A stretch of 64,000 bases of DNA from Saprospirales bacterium (GCA_016711045.1 JADJTT010000014.1:12602-76601); one strand, 5' to 3'; positions 36,999 to 46,827 are shown, counted from the stretch's first letter. Translations and numbers: made by a program. The notes: generated by a model not told the origin, from the letters alone.

Positions 36999-38891
36999 AT
37001 GAGCTACGCAGCCGAATACACCCGCAGCCTCCAGGACCGGGAAAACTTCTGGTTGGACCAAGCGAGCAAGCTGGATTGGTTCGTGCAACCCGAAAAAGCG
37101 CTTTCCGTCGATGACCAGGGCCTTTACCGCTGGTTTAAGGGAGGGAAGCTCAATACCGCCTATTTGGCGTTGGATTACCACGTAGCTAATGGCCGGGCCG
37201 AGCAGGCTGCCTTGATCTACGATTCACCGGTGACCGGCCGGAAAATAACCTATACGTACCGGGAGTTGCTGGACCAGGTAGCCCGGTTTGCCGGCGTGTT
37301 GAGCAAGCTGGGAGTGGTAAAAGGCGACCGCGTAATCATCTACATGCCCATGATCCCACAAACGCTGGTGGCCATGCTGGCCTGCGCCAGATTGGGCGCG
37401 ATCCACTCCGTCGTATTCGGCGGATTTTCTTCCCATGAGTTGGCCATCCGCATCGATGACGCCAAACCGAAAGTGATGGTGACTGCCAGTGGTGGATTGG
37501 AGATCCAGAAGGTAATTCCCTATAAGCCCATGGTCGATGCTTCGATCGAGGAGGCTGTCCATAAGCCGGAGCATGTGGTGGTATATCAGCGCGATTTTGT
37601 GGAGGCCCCCATGCAGGAGGGCCGCGACCTGGACTGGGAAGCGCTGGAGGCAGATGCGACGCCGCACGGATGGGTGGAATTGGATGCGACCGATCCGCTT
37701 TACATCCTTTATACCTCCGGTACGACCGGCAAGCCCAAAGGGGTGGTTCGGGACAACGGCGGACATGCGGTCGCACTCACCTACAGTATGCGGGCTATTT
37801 ACGGGGTAAAACCGGGAGAGGTCTATTGGGCGGCATCGGATGTGGGCTGGGTCGTAGGCCATTCCTATATCGTCTACGCGCCCCTGCTCTTCGGGTGCAC
37901 GACGATCCTGTACGAGGGCAAGCCCGTCAAAACGCCTGATGCCGGCGCCTTCTGGCGCGTGATGGCCGAACACCGGGTAAGTGTCTTCTTTACTGCGCCC
38001 ACGGCCATCCGGGCTATAAAAAAAGAAGATCCGGAAGGAAAATTAGCGGGGCAATACAACCTTTCGGCGCTGCGCTATATCTTTTTAGCGGGTGAACATT
38101 GTGACATACCCACATACGAGTGGGTAAACAATATATTGAAAAAGCCGGTGATCGACCATTGGTGGCAAACGGAGTCAGGCTGGCCCATGCTGACCAATCC
38201 GGCAGGCACGGAACTTTTACCTGTTCCGCCAGGCTCCGCCGGAGTGCCGGTTTGTGGGTACGACATTCAGATCCTCAGCCCTTCAGGCGAAGAACTGGGT
38301 CCTCACGCGGAAGGCGCTGTGGGCATTCGACTTCCCTTGGCGCCGGGATGTCTTCCTTCTCTTTGGCAAAACGACGAGAATTTCAAACAAAGCTACCTTA
38401 CCCTGTACCCCGGGTATTACGCTTCGGGCGACGGAGGATACAAAGATGAAAACGGTTATGTGACCATTACCGGCCGCATGGATGATATCATCAACGTAGC
38501 AGGCCACCGCTTGTCGACCACTGAAATGGAAGAAGCGGTAGCCGGACATCCCGCGGTGGCAGAATGTGCAGTGATCGGAGTGGCCGATGCCATGAAAGGG
38601 CAGATCCCGATCGGGTTTGTAGTGCTGAAAGACGGCGTCACCATCGGAGATGAAGAACTGGAACGCGAACTGGTCCAACTGGTGCGCACCAAAGTGGGCC
38701 CGGTGGCTGCCTTTAAACAGGCGATCGTGGTAAAACGCCTGCCGAAAACCCGTTCGGGCAAGATCCTTCGCAAGATCATGCGGGCAATGGCAGATGGAAC
38801 ACCCTTTCAGCCGCCTTCCACGATTGAAGATATGTCCGTACTGGGCGAACTGGAAGAGCGGATCCAGCCAAATAACCCGCCTAAAGCCTAG
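36999..38891 (+). CDS. prpE: Propionate-CoA ligase / acyl-CoA synthetase (PrpE-like, Acs paralog)
   Basis: MSYAAEYTRSLQDRENFWLDQASKLDWF...YTSGTTGKPKGV...WWQTESGWP...GRMDDIINVAGHRLST...PKTRSGKILR. Confidence 0.8.
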   Translation: MSYAAEYTRSLQDRENFWLDQASKLDWFVQPEKALSVDDQGLYRWFKGGKLNTAYLALDYHVANGRAEQAALIYDSPVTGRKITYTYRELLDQVARFAGVLSKLGVVKGDRVIIYMPMIPQTLVAMLACARLGAIHSVVFGGFSSHELAIRIDDAKPKVMVTASGGLEIQKVIPYKPMVDASIEEAVHKPEHVVVYQRDFVEAPMQEGRDLDWEALEADATPHGWVELDATDPLYILYTSGTTGKPKGVVRDNGGHAVALTYSMRAIYGVKPGEVYWAASDVGWVVGHSYIVYAPLLFGCTTILYEGKPVKTPDAGAFWRVMAEHRVSVFFTAPTAIRAIKKEDPEGKLAGQYNLSALRYIFLAGEHCDIPTYEWVNNILKKPVIDHWWQTESGWPMLTNPAGTELLPVPPGSAGVPVCGYDIQILSPSGEELGPHAEGAVGIRLPLAPGCLPSLWQNDENFKQSYLTLYPGYYASGDGGYKDENGYVTITGRMDDIINVAGHRLSTTEMEEAVAGHPAVAECAVIGVADAMKGQIPIGFVVLKDGVTIGDEELERELVQLVRTKVGPVAAFKQAIVVKRLPKTRSGKILRKIMRAMADGTPFQPPSTIEDMSVLGELEERIQPNNPPKA

Positions 38892-38980
38892 CCCTGTGAT
38901 CAGTGGCTGCGCAAGAAGATTTTTTAATTCGATTTGATGGTTCGGCGGGCGCGTTCTGCGCGTCCGCTACTTTTGTGGGG

Positions 38981-40426
38981 TCACCCCATCAAAAGCAATT
39001 TTTCCTTGTGCGAATAATGGTCCAGGAGCCGGTTAACTACCTTGGGAATGTGCACTTTTAATTCCTGCAACAGATCGGCCACCTGCGGCGCCCGGTCGGG
39101 GTGATCCCGCAGGGTGTTGATGTGTTCGGATAACAATTGGAACAGGCTCTCCTCCTCCAGCATCAGCTCTTTGTATTCGGCAACGGCGTTGTACCACAGC
39201 AGGGTAGGGAGGTAGTTTGCCCGGCTTTTATATTTTTTCTCCAATTCCAAAAGACGGTTTTGCCGGATCAGCCGGATCATCTTCTTGTAATCTTTCATTC
39301 CCAAAAGGGTTTCCAGGTAGGCGGTGAAGAAGATGTGCCAGCGGTATTCAAAGATCTCTTTCTTGTAGGCCCGGAGGAAGGAGCTGGCGTAATTCTCAGC
39401 GTTCTTGAACCGCTCGTTCTTGTTCAGGCATTTGATGAAGAAGGCCACAAATCCGACCTTATTGTGAAAATTCTGGGTCACCTTCATCTCCGGGTAGGCT
39501 TCCCGCATGATCCGCAAGGCTTCCTCTTTTTTGTCCTGCCGCAAGAGTACGGCTGCCAGGTTGGTGGCGTAAAAGAGGTAGTCGTGGTTTTTGCTTCGGA
39601 TGGACAGGTAGCCGTAATAGGCCGCCTTATCAAATTCCTGGAATTTGGAATGCAACAGAAGCCGGTTGCTGTAATAGTTGAGCAACAACCGCTTGGAGTA
39701 ATACCGTCCCTGCCGGAACAAGGTATCCAGGTAGTCGAATTTCTCCAGCAAAGGCTCGAAATTGCGGTAGTTGAAGCCGATAAAGATAAGGCGTACCAGC
39801 GCCAGATACCGGTTGTGGCCATCCAGTTGCTCGTCGAAAAATACATCCGAGAGCCATCGCTCCCATTGAATGGATTCGGCGCTATCGCTGGCGTATTGAT
39901 TTACGATATCTACGGTGGCCTGGTGCAGTTTTTCATTGATGGCCCGCGAATGCTGATAGGCCGGATCGTATTTTTTGACAAACTGGTTGGCCAGCTCATG
40001 GTCGGCGTAGCGCAGGCGAATGAGCAGGAAATGCCGGTAGTTCTGGACCAGTTCAAAAAATTTGACAAAATAGAAACCGGGGTGCTCGTATTGCCGGATG
40101 GCGCGCAGCAGCTGCTTTTCTTCTTCCGGCAAGATGCTGTCGGCCATGATCTTTTGCTCTAACCCACTCATCCACTCGAAGTGCGCATCCACGTCTACGG
40201 CGTTCAGCCGCTCGGTGATCCAGGTTTTCAGGTTGGAAAACTTACGCTTATCGACCTTTTCGTCGAAGGGGGTAAACTGGAAAATATGCTGGCAGTTGTG
40301 GTCGATCTCTTGCAGGATCTCCAGCCGTTTTTCGTCCTCAAACTGCTGAACGCTCAGCAGATAAGCCGTTTCGTGGGGAAGCAACGAGTCGGTGAATTCG
40401 TTAAATTTCTGCAGCTTGTTTCGCAT
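38981..40426 (-). CDS. Hypothetical all-helical protein (481 aa, TPR-like C-terminal half)
   Basis: A long ORF with no recognisable catalytic or DNA-binding motif. It is K/E/L/Y/F-rich with a helical repeat character. Confidence 0.65.
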   Translation of the reverse strand: MRNKLQKFNEFTDSLLPHETAYLLSVQQFEDEKRLEILQEIDHNCQHIFQFTPFDEKVDKRKFSNLKTWITERLNAVDVDAHFEWMSGLEQKIMADSILPEEEKQLLRAIRQYEHPGFYFVKFFELVQNYRHFLLIRLRYADHELANQFVKKYDPAYQHSRAINEKLHQATVDIVNQYASDSAESIQWERWLSDVFFDEQLDGHNRYLALVRLIFIGFNYRNFEPLLEKFDYLDTLFRQGRYYSKRLLLNYYSNRLLLHSKFQEFDKAAYYGYLSIRSKNHDYLFYATNLAAVLLRQDKKEEALRIMREAYPEMKVTQNFHNKVGFVAFFIKCLNKNERFKNAENYASSFLRAYKKEIFEYRWHIFFTAYLETLLGMKDYKKMIRLIRQNRLLELEKKYKSRANYLPTLLWYNAVAEYKELMLEEESLFQLLSEHINTLRDHPDRAPQVADLLQELKVHIPKVVNRLLDHYSHKEKLLLMG

Positions 40427-40472
40427 AAGAATCCGGGGAAACCTTGTGAAGCAGAAAGTTAACTAAAAATAA

Positions 40473-41216
40473 TTACAAAGACAGTCCTCCGTCGATCGAC
40501 AAGACTGTTCCGTTGATGAAACCAGCCTCTTCGGAAGCCAGGTAGGCGTAGGCAGCGGCGATTTCCTCGGGAGTACCCAGGCGGCCAACCGGCGTTTTTT
40601 CCAACAGGCCATGGAGCACATTCTCCGGGATGACGCCCATCATATCGGTAGCCACGAAGCCCGGCGCCACCGCATTGGCGGTAATGCCTTTACGGCCAAA
40701 CTCCCGGGCCCATACTTTGGTCATGCCGATCACGCCCGCTTTGGTCGCGGCGTAGTTGGTCTGCCCAAAGTTGCCGTGAAGGCCCACGATGGAAGAAGCG
40801 GTGATGATGCGGCCGTAATTCTTTTCCGCCATGTAGGGATATACTGCTTTGGTGCAGTAAAACACACCGGTCAGGTTGACGCTGATGACCAGGTCCCATT
40901 GTTCTACCGTCATTTTCTTGAGGGTGGCATCTCTCGTAACCCCGGCATTGTTGATCAGGATGTCGATTTGTCCGTACTGGTCAAAAACTGCTTTGGCTGC
41001 AGCTTCTGTGGCGGCCAGGTCTGCCGTATTTACCAGAAAGAAGGTGACATCGTAGCCTTCGGCGCGAAACGCAGCAGCTACCGATTCTCCTTTTTCCTTA
41101 TTGATGTCCCAGATAGCCAGCCGGGCGCCTTCTTCCAAAAAACGGCGGCTGGTGGCCAACCCAATTCCGCTGGCTCCTCCAGTGATGATTGCAACTCTGC
41201 CTTGAAAACGGTTCAT
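40473..41216 (-). CDS. SDR-family 3-oxoacyl reductase (FabG/acetoacetyl-CoA-reductase-like)
   Basis: GRVAIITGGASGIGLA, NNAG, and the catalytic S...YAATK. Start taken at MNRFQGRV (ATG at 41216). Confidence 0.85.
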   Translation of the reverse strand: MNRFQGRVAIITGGASGIGLATSRRFLEEGARLAIWDINKEKGESVAAAFRAEGYDVTFFLVNTADLAATEAAAKAVFDQYGQIDILINNAGVTRDATLKKMTVEQWDLVISVNLTGVFYCTKAVYPYMAEKNYGRIITASSIVGLHGNFGQTNYAATKAGVIGMTKVWAREFGRKGITANAVAPGFVATDMMGVIPENVLHGLLEKTPVGRLGTPEEIAAAYAYLASEEAGFINGTVLSIDGGLSL

Positions 41217-41454
41217 GTCGGTGTGATTGAATGGTGAGGGGAATGGATGATTGGTGCCCAAGTTACTCAGGTTCCGTTTTCCTCGGGGCTTTTCACTGTC
41301 TTTCCAGTGGGTGGACTTTAGCTAATAAAGTAGTCTAAAAATATTTTAAATAATTGATTAACAGATTTTTAGTGCTTTCAAAAAAATGCCTTGACTAAGG
41401 AGGGGCTATAGACTTTTTGGAAAAAAATCCTTATTTTTACATTTAAGTATATAG

Positions 41455-41509
41455 ATAATTAATTTGTAAACACTGCGGCCGCCGGCCGCAGTGTTTACAA
41501 ATTAATTAT
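41455..41509. repeat. Perfect 26-bp-arm palindrome inside a divergent promoter region, 37 nt upstream of the thiolase start
   Basis: ataattaatttgtaaacactgcggcc (41455-41480) is the exact reverse complement of 41484-41509. Confidence 0.9.
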
Positions 41510-41545
41510 GTCAGAGAACTTAATTCCATTTTAAAGACCAACACC

Positions 41546-42727
41546 ATGAAAGACGTATATATCGTATCCGCGGTACGGACCCCAATCGGGAGTTTTGGTG
41601 GGATTTTCGCAAACGTCACCGCCGTTCAATTGGGCGCTGCGGCTATAAAAGGCGCCCTGGAACGGGGGGGAGTTGATCCCGGGCTGGTACAGGAAGTATT
41701 TATGGGCAATGTCATTTCGGCTAACCTCGGTCAGGCGCCGGCGCGGCAGGCAGCCCTTCAGGCCGGGATTCCCAACACCGTACCCTGCACCACTGTCAAT
41801 AAAGTGTGCGCTTCCGGCGCGAAGGCGATTATGTTTGGCGCCCAATCCATTCAATTGGGGCTGAATGAGGTCGTAGTGGCCGGGGGAATGGAGAATATGA
41901 GCCAGATCCCTTATTACCTGCCTTCTGCCCGGTATGGATACCGCTATGGAAACGGAGAATTGGTCGATGGGCTGGTGAAAGATGGCTTGCTGGATGTCTA
42001 CAATCAATGCGCGATGGGCGTGTGCGCGGATGCAACGGCCACCAAATTCCACATCACGCGGGAGGAGCAGGATGCCTTTGCAATTCAATCCTATAAGCGG
42101 TCGGCAGAAGCGACACAAAGCGGTGCGCTGAAAAAAGAGATTGTCCCCGTGGTGGTTCCCCAACGCAAAGGCGATCCTTTGGTGATGGAAGAGGATGAGG
42201 AATACAAAAAAGTAAATTTCGATAAGATTCCCGGTTTGAAACCGGCATTTACCAAAGATGGTACGGTTACGGCGGCCAACGCCTCCACCATCAATGACGG
42301 GGCAGCGGCCCTGGTGCTGATGAGTGGGGAGAAAGTAAAAGAACTGGGATTAAAACCCCTGGCTCGAATCGTCTCCTATGCCGATGCCGCGCACGAACCC
42401 GAGTGGTTCACCACCGCCCCCGGCAAAGCAGCCCCGATCGCATTGAAGCGGGCAGGGCTGAAGCTGGAAGATATCGACTACTTCGAGGTCAACGAGGCCT
42501 TTGCCGTAGTGACGCAGGTGTTTATGAAAGAACTGGGTATCTCCGAAGATAAAGTGAATGTGTTTGGTGGCGCGGTATCCATCGGCCACCCGCTCGGCGC
42601 ATCCGGCGCGCGTATCACCACTACGCTGGTCAATGTGCTGGGCCAAAAGAAAGGTCGATACGGCATGATCGCTATTTGCAATGGCGGCGGTGGCGCTTCG
42701 GCCATGATATTGGAACGATTAAATTAA
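41546..42727 (+). CDS. phaA: Acetyl-CoA C-acetyltransferase (thiolase II, PhaA/AtoB-like)
   Basis: [19 protein letters not shown]...[12 protein letters not shown]...[12 protein letters not shown]. Confidence 0.95.
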   Translation: MKDVYIVSAVRTPIGSFGGIFANVTAVQLGAAAIKGALERGGVDPGLVQEVFMGNVISANLGQAPARQAALQAGIPNTVPCTTVNKVCASGAKAIMFGAQSIQLGLNEVVVAGGMENMSQIPYYLPSARYGYRYGNGELVDGLVKDGLLDVYNQCAMGVCADATATKFHITREEQDAFAIQSYKRSAEATQSGALKKEIVPVVVPQRKGDPLVMEEDEEYKKVNFDKIPGLKPAFTKDGTVTAANASTINDGAAALVLMSGEKVKELGLKPLARIVSYADAAHEPEWFTTAPGKAAPIALKRAGLKLEDIDYFEVNEAFAVVTQVFMKELGISEDKVNVFGGAVSIGHPLGASGARITTTLVNVLGQKKGRYGMIAICNGGGGASAMILERLN

Positions 42728-42821
42728 TCGGTGACGGAACCGGGGTGAGGCTCGTTCATGCCCCCCGTTACTGGAAAAGATATTTTGGTCTTTATTTGGT
42801 TTTATTTGGTTTAGGCAGGAA

Positions 42822-42888
42822 GGTAGGGTTGGCAGTTGCCACCCTACCCCTTTTTTTAGAGGGATGCGGATATTGTCCGCATCCCTCT
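42822..42888 (+). terminator. Two tandem hairpins after the thiolase gene
   Basis: ggtagggttggc/gccaccctacc followed by T7 (42822-57), then the perfect 13-bp stem agagggatgcgga/tccgcatccctct (42858-88). Confidence 0.7.
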
Positions 42889-43027
42889 ATTCGTTAAGGT
42901 CAAGGGGTTTGGTAGTGTTCGCTTTGTATTGTTAATCAAGTGTTTGTGTCGTATAAATTTGATTAAGCCTATTAAAGTCAACCTTTTTTCATAAGAAGGG
43001 TGTATTGCCGGTGGGGTAAACTGCACC

Positions 43028-43035
43028 TACCTTTG
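43028..43035 (+). promoter_or_regulatory. Candidate -7 box (TAnnTTTG) for the phasin-phaEC operon
   Basis: TACCTTTG lies 49 nt upstream of the ATG at 43084. This is a motif match only. Confidence 0.35.
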
Positions 43036-43083
43036 TAGCATCAAAAGAAATTCCCTTTCCTTCACTCAAAAAAAAATAGAATC

Positions 43084-43515
43084 ATGCCAAAGGCAAAAGA
43101 AAACTTCGGGAAAATTGTAGAGCAGCAGCAAGACCTCATGGACAAGATCACTGCGAACACGAACAAGATCTATGAAATGTTCACACTGGAAGAGACGGAC
43201 ACCAAAGAGGGACGTGAATTGATAAATGAATTCATCAAGCGCAACCAGCAGTTGATGGAGGAACAGTTTCACCCCGACAACCTGGAGAAATTCTGGGAGA
43301 AAATGCCGGAGCAGTATAGCAAGGTCATGGAAATGCAAATGGATTTCTACAACCGCACTTCCGATTTAATGAAGCGGGTGACGGAGAAATACGCCGTCCA
43401 GAATCAGCAAAACTATTGGAAGAAACTGTCGGAAGTGTATATGGAGAACTACCATGCGATGATGGAAACTTCTACGAACAGCTTTAAAGCATTCCAGGAG
43501 TTTTTTAATAATTAA
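43084..43515 (+). CDS. Phasin-like small helical protein (putative PHA-granule associated)
   Basis: 143 aa, helical, rich in E/K/M/Q. It lies directly upstream of phaE-phaC and shares the ...MEMQMDFY... motif with PhaE (WMDMQ...KWMDFY). Assignment is by context. Confidence 0.5.
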   Translation: MPKAKENFGKIVEQQQDLMDKITANTNKIYEMFTLEETDTKEGRELINEFIKRNQQLMEEQFHPDNLEKFWEKMPEQYSKVMEMQMDFYNRTSDLMKRVTEKYAVQNQQNYWKKLSEVYMENYHAMMETSTNSFKAFQEFFNN

Positions 43516-43517
43516 CC

Positions 43518-43538
43518 CTTCACTCTTCACCCTTCACT
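43518..43538. repeat. Three heptads, CTTCACT CTTCACC CTTCACT, directly after the phasin stop
   Basis: Read directly. It starts 3 nt after the TAA at 43513-43515. Confidence 0.8.
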
Positions 43539-43551
43539 AAAAGAAAAGCAA

Positions 43552-44937
43552 ATGAAAAAGGGAATCGACGAAATGATGGAGAACCAAAAGAAAGCTTTTG
43601 ACTCCTGGAAAGATTGGTCCGATCAGTGGATGAAATCCATGCCTGGTATGACGCCGCCATCTTCCGGTAAAGACTTCTTTGTACCCTGGATGGAAATGCA
43701 GCAGAAGTGGATGGATGAGACGATGAAAATGGGTAACCTGAAAGGATCGACCGAGTCAATGCCGGAGCAGTGGAAAACGTGGATGGATATGCAGTCGCAG
43801 GCCTCTGAAAAATGGATGGACTTTTACCGCGAGCAGGCCAAACAGTTTGGCGTATCAGTCCCGGGCATTAGCAGCTTTACCAAGGCTCCATTTGTAGAAA
43901 TGGGCCCGAAGCAATGGCAAACCTGGATGGAAGAAAGCAACAAGTGGCTGAAGGAAAATATCCTCGAAAAGATCCCGGCCAATATGAAGCCGCATTATCA
44001 GAATTTCACGGTGCTCTACGACGAGATGGCCAAGTACTGGGAAGGCGTGCAGCGGATGATCCAATTCGGTTCTTTCTCCAAAGGTACCACCGACCAGTTC
44101 TTCACCCCTGAAGCATATCGCCGGGTAGTAGGCCTGTTTTTGGGCTTCAAACCGGTGGATAACGTCGCCAAATTGGTGGAGGACGTCAATAGGTTCTTCG
44201 AAGATTATATCGCTTCCATGCAGAAGATGACCCCTGGCACCCATGACTTCATGGACAGCTTTACCCGTTTCTTCCGCGATTGGGGACGGCAGAGTGGCCA
44301 TCCGGGTCTTCAGGCTGTTGCTGAAGTCACCAATATGATGGAAAAAGGCATCAATTCCCTGTATCATGTAGCTGGTCCGAGCGAAGAGCTCGCCATGGCC
44401 AAACTGCTGAAAGATGTACAGTTTGCCTATACCGGCTTCGTCATGAAATCGGCCGAAATGCAACAAATCCTGCTCGACGCCGGTCAGTTTGCCCTCCCGG
44501 ATACGATCAAATCGTTCTACGACGAATTCCAGGAGACCAAGAAAATGCCTAACTATACGGAGTTTTTTAACCGGTATGCCAACCATCTGGAAGACTACCT
44601 CCTCGAAGTTTTGGAATCCGATGAATATTCGATACTACAGGCCAATGTATCCAAATCGGGTATTGCCGTGAAGGCCAAAATGGATGAGTTGATCGAACTG
44701 GCGTTCGATGACTTTCCCTTCCTGATGAAATCGTTTGCCGACGAAGTAGCCCAGGAAAATACCAGCTTGCGCCGCAAGGTTCGCGACCTGGAGACCCGCC
44801 TGTATGCGATCGAATCGACTTTCCACGGTGGAAGCGCCATGCAAAAGACTACGGCAGAACCACCTAAGCCGAAAGCAGAGGCTCCGAAGCCAGCGACTCG
44901 CAAGGCCAGCAATTCAAAAAAAACAACGGCGAAGTAA
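43552..44937 (+). CDS. phaE: Class III PHA synthase subunit PhaE-like
   Basis: Trp-rich N-terminal repeats (SWKDWSDQWM, PWMEMQQKWM, EQWKTWMDMQ, KQWQTWMEE) recall PhaE N-termini. It lies immediately upstream of class III phaC and has a Lys-rich tail. Confidence 0.6.
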   Translation: MKKGIDEMMENQKKAFDSWKDWSDQWMKSMPGMTPPSSGKDFFVPWMEMQQKWMDETMKMGNLKGSTESMPEQWKTWMDMQSQASEKWMDFYREQAKQFGVSVPGISSFTKAPFVEMGPKQWQTWMEESNKWLKENILEKIPANMKPHYQNFTVLYDEMAKYWEGVQRMIQFGSFSKGTTDQFFTPEAYRRVVGLFLGFKPVDNVAKLVEDVNRFFEDYIASMQKMTPGTHDFMDSFTRFFRDWGRQSGHPGLQAVAEVTNMMEKGINSLYHVAGPSEELAMAKLLKDVQFAYTGFVMKSAEMQQILLDAGQFALPDTIKSFYDEFQETKKMPNYTEFFNRYANHLEDYLLEVLESDEYSILQANVSKSGIAVKAKMDELIELAFDDFPFLMKSFADEVAQENTSLRRKVRDLETRLYAIESTFHGGSAMQKTTAEPPKPKAEAPKPATRKASNSKKTTAK

Positions 44938-44959
44938 TCACTGAATAGATTTCCAACTT

Positions 44960-46012
44960 ATGGCAGAACAGCATATTTCAGACCAACTACTTCAGCAAGT
45001 CGATACCGCAACCGATGCGATCCGCAATATCTCCGATATCAATACCATTGATATTGCAACGGCCGAGCGGGATGTAGTGTGGCAAGACGGTAAAGTGAAG
45101 CTTTACCATTTCAAACGGGAGGGAAAAGCCAAGGCGAAAACGCCTGTGCTGATCGTCTATGCGCTCGTAAACCGCTGGGAGATGATGGACCTTCAGCCCA
45201 ACCGGAGTTTCGTGCGCAAGCTCCTCAGTGAAGGAATGGATGTATACGTCATCGACTGGGGCTATGCTTCCCGGCTCGACCGCTACAAGACCATCGAAGA
45301 TTATATCATGGGAAATATAGGCGACTGCGTGGATTATATCCGGCGTAAGGACCAAATTCCCAGTGTGAATCTGTTGGGCGTGTGCCAGGGCGGCACTTTC
45401 TCCGTGATCTACTCGTCGCTTTTTCCTGAAAAGGTAAAGAATCTCGCCACGCTGGTAACCCCGGTAGACTTCGACAACAAACAGGGCTTGCTCTTCAAAT
45501 GGGCTAAAGACCTCGATGTGGATGCGATGGTCGATGGGTTCGGCGGTGTGATCCCCGGCGAATTTCTGAACACGGGCTTTGATATGCTCAAGCCCATGAA
45601 CAAGACCCGCAAATACTTGTCCTTGCCCGACACGCTGAAAGAGAAAGACAAACTCATGAACTTCCTCCGCATGGAAAAATGGGTAGCTGATTCACCCGAC
45701 CAGGCAGGGGAGACCTACCGCCAATTTATCAAGGACTTTTACCAGAAGAACCTCCTGATCAAAGGCGAATTTGTGCTGGCCGGTCGCAAGGTGGATTTGA
45801 AAAATATCACCATGCCCGTGCTTACCATCTATGCCAAGGAAGATCACATCGTACCGCCAGATACGACAAAGCCTCTCCACGAAAAGGTGGGTTCCAAAGA
45901 CAAAGAACTGATGGAATTCCCCGGAGGGCACATAGGCGTATTCGTCGGCGCCCGTTCTCAAAGTATCCTTTCTCCGGCAGTAGCCAGCTGGTACATTAAA
46001 CGAGACGCTTGA
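44960..46012 (+). CDS. phaC: Class III poly(R)-hydroxyalkanoate synthase subunit PhaC
   Basis: About 350 aa alpha/beta-hydrolase fold with the lipase-box variant G-x-C-x-G (LLGVCQGGTF), an Asp and His in the C-terminal part (EDHIVP...GGHIGVF), and a size typical of class III/IV. Confidence 0.85.
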   Translation: MAEQHISDQLLQQVDTATDAIRNISDINTIDIATAERDVVWQDGKVKLYHFKREGKAKAKTPVLIVYALVNRWEMMDLQPNRSFVRKLLSEGMDVYVIDWGYASRLDRYKTIEDYIMGNIGDCVDYIRRKDQIPSVNLLGVCQGGTFSVIYSSLFPEKVKNLATLVTPVDFDNKQGLLFKWAKDLDVDAMVDGFGGVIPGEFLNTGFDMLKPMNKTRKYLSLPDTLKEKDKLMNFLRMEKWVADSPDQAGETYRQFIKDFYQKNLLIKGEFVLAGRKVDLKNITMPVLTIYAKEDHIVPPDTTKPLHEKVGSKDKELMEFPGGHIGVFVGARSQSILSPAVASWYIKRDA

Positions 46013-46017
46013 TAATA

Positions 46018-46046
46018 AAGAAGGCCGGCATTGCGCCGGCCTTCTT
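46018..46046. terminator. Bidirectional terminator between convergent phaC and phaB
   Basis: aagaaggccggc attgc gccggccttctt: 12-bp stem. Confidence 0.7.
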
Positions 46047-46049
46047 CAT

Positions 46050-46796
46050 TTAATGGACGTGCTGTCCGCCATTAATGGCATAATTAGCTCCGGTGATAAA
46101 CGCAGCTTCCTCAGAAGCCAGGAAGGATACCAGGTGCGCGATTTCTCCCGTACCACCCAAGCGGCCCATCGGGATGCCTTTAATGATCTGTGCCCGCACT
46201 TCTTCCGCCACGGCCATGACCATGTCGGTGGCGATATAGCCGGGGGAGATCGTGTTTACCGTGATGCCTTTGCGGGCTACTTCCACGGCCAGGGTTTTGG
46301 TGAATCCGTGCATGCCCGCCTTGGCTGCCGCGTAATTCACTTGCCCGAACTGGGCCCGCTGCCCGTTTACCGAAGAGATATTGATAATGCGGCCGTAGTG
46401 CTGATCGACCATGGGTTCGATTACATGGTGACAGCAATTGAACACACTGTACAGGTTGGTTTTCAATACGATATCCCAACTTTCCGGCGTCATTCGTCTA
46501 AAGGCGCTATCGCGGGTAATACCGGCATTATTCACCAAAATGTCGATCACCCCGATCTCTTCCTGGATGCGCTTCACCATGGCGCCCACCTCTTCATAAT
46601 CGGCTACATCTGCCTGATACATGGCAGGCTCGTACCCTTCTGCCTGCATTTCCTTCAGCCATGCCTCCGCCTTCTCCGGACTCCGGTAATTCGCAATTAC
46701 CCGATACCCGTCGTCTAACAGGCGTTTGACCATATGGGTGCCCAGTCCGCCTGTGGCGCCTGTGACGAGTGCTACTGTGTGTTCTGTTTGTGTCAT
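46050..46796 (-). CDS. phaB: Acetoacetyl-CoA reductase PhaB (SDR)
   Basis: VALVTGATGGLGTHM...NNAGITRD...SSVNGQRAQFGQVNYAAAKAG... Confidence 0.85.
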   Translation of the reverse strand: MTQTEHTVALVTGATGGLGTHMVKRLLDDGYRVIANYRSPEKAEAWLKEMQAEGYEPAMYQADVADYEEVGAMVKRIQEEIGVIDILVNNAGITRDSAFRRMTPESWDIVLKTNLYSVFNCCHHVIEPMVDQHYGRIINISSVNGQRAQFGQVNYAAAKAGMHGFTKTLAVEVARKGITVNTISPGYIATDMVMAVAEEVRAQIIKGIPMGRLGGTGEIAHLVSFLASEEAAFITGANYAINGGQHVH

Positions 46797-46827
46797 ATCG
46801 ACTGTTTTTTTATAAAAATAGGATTTT

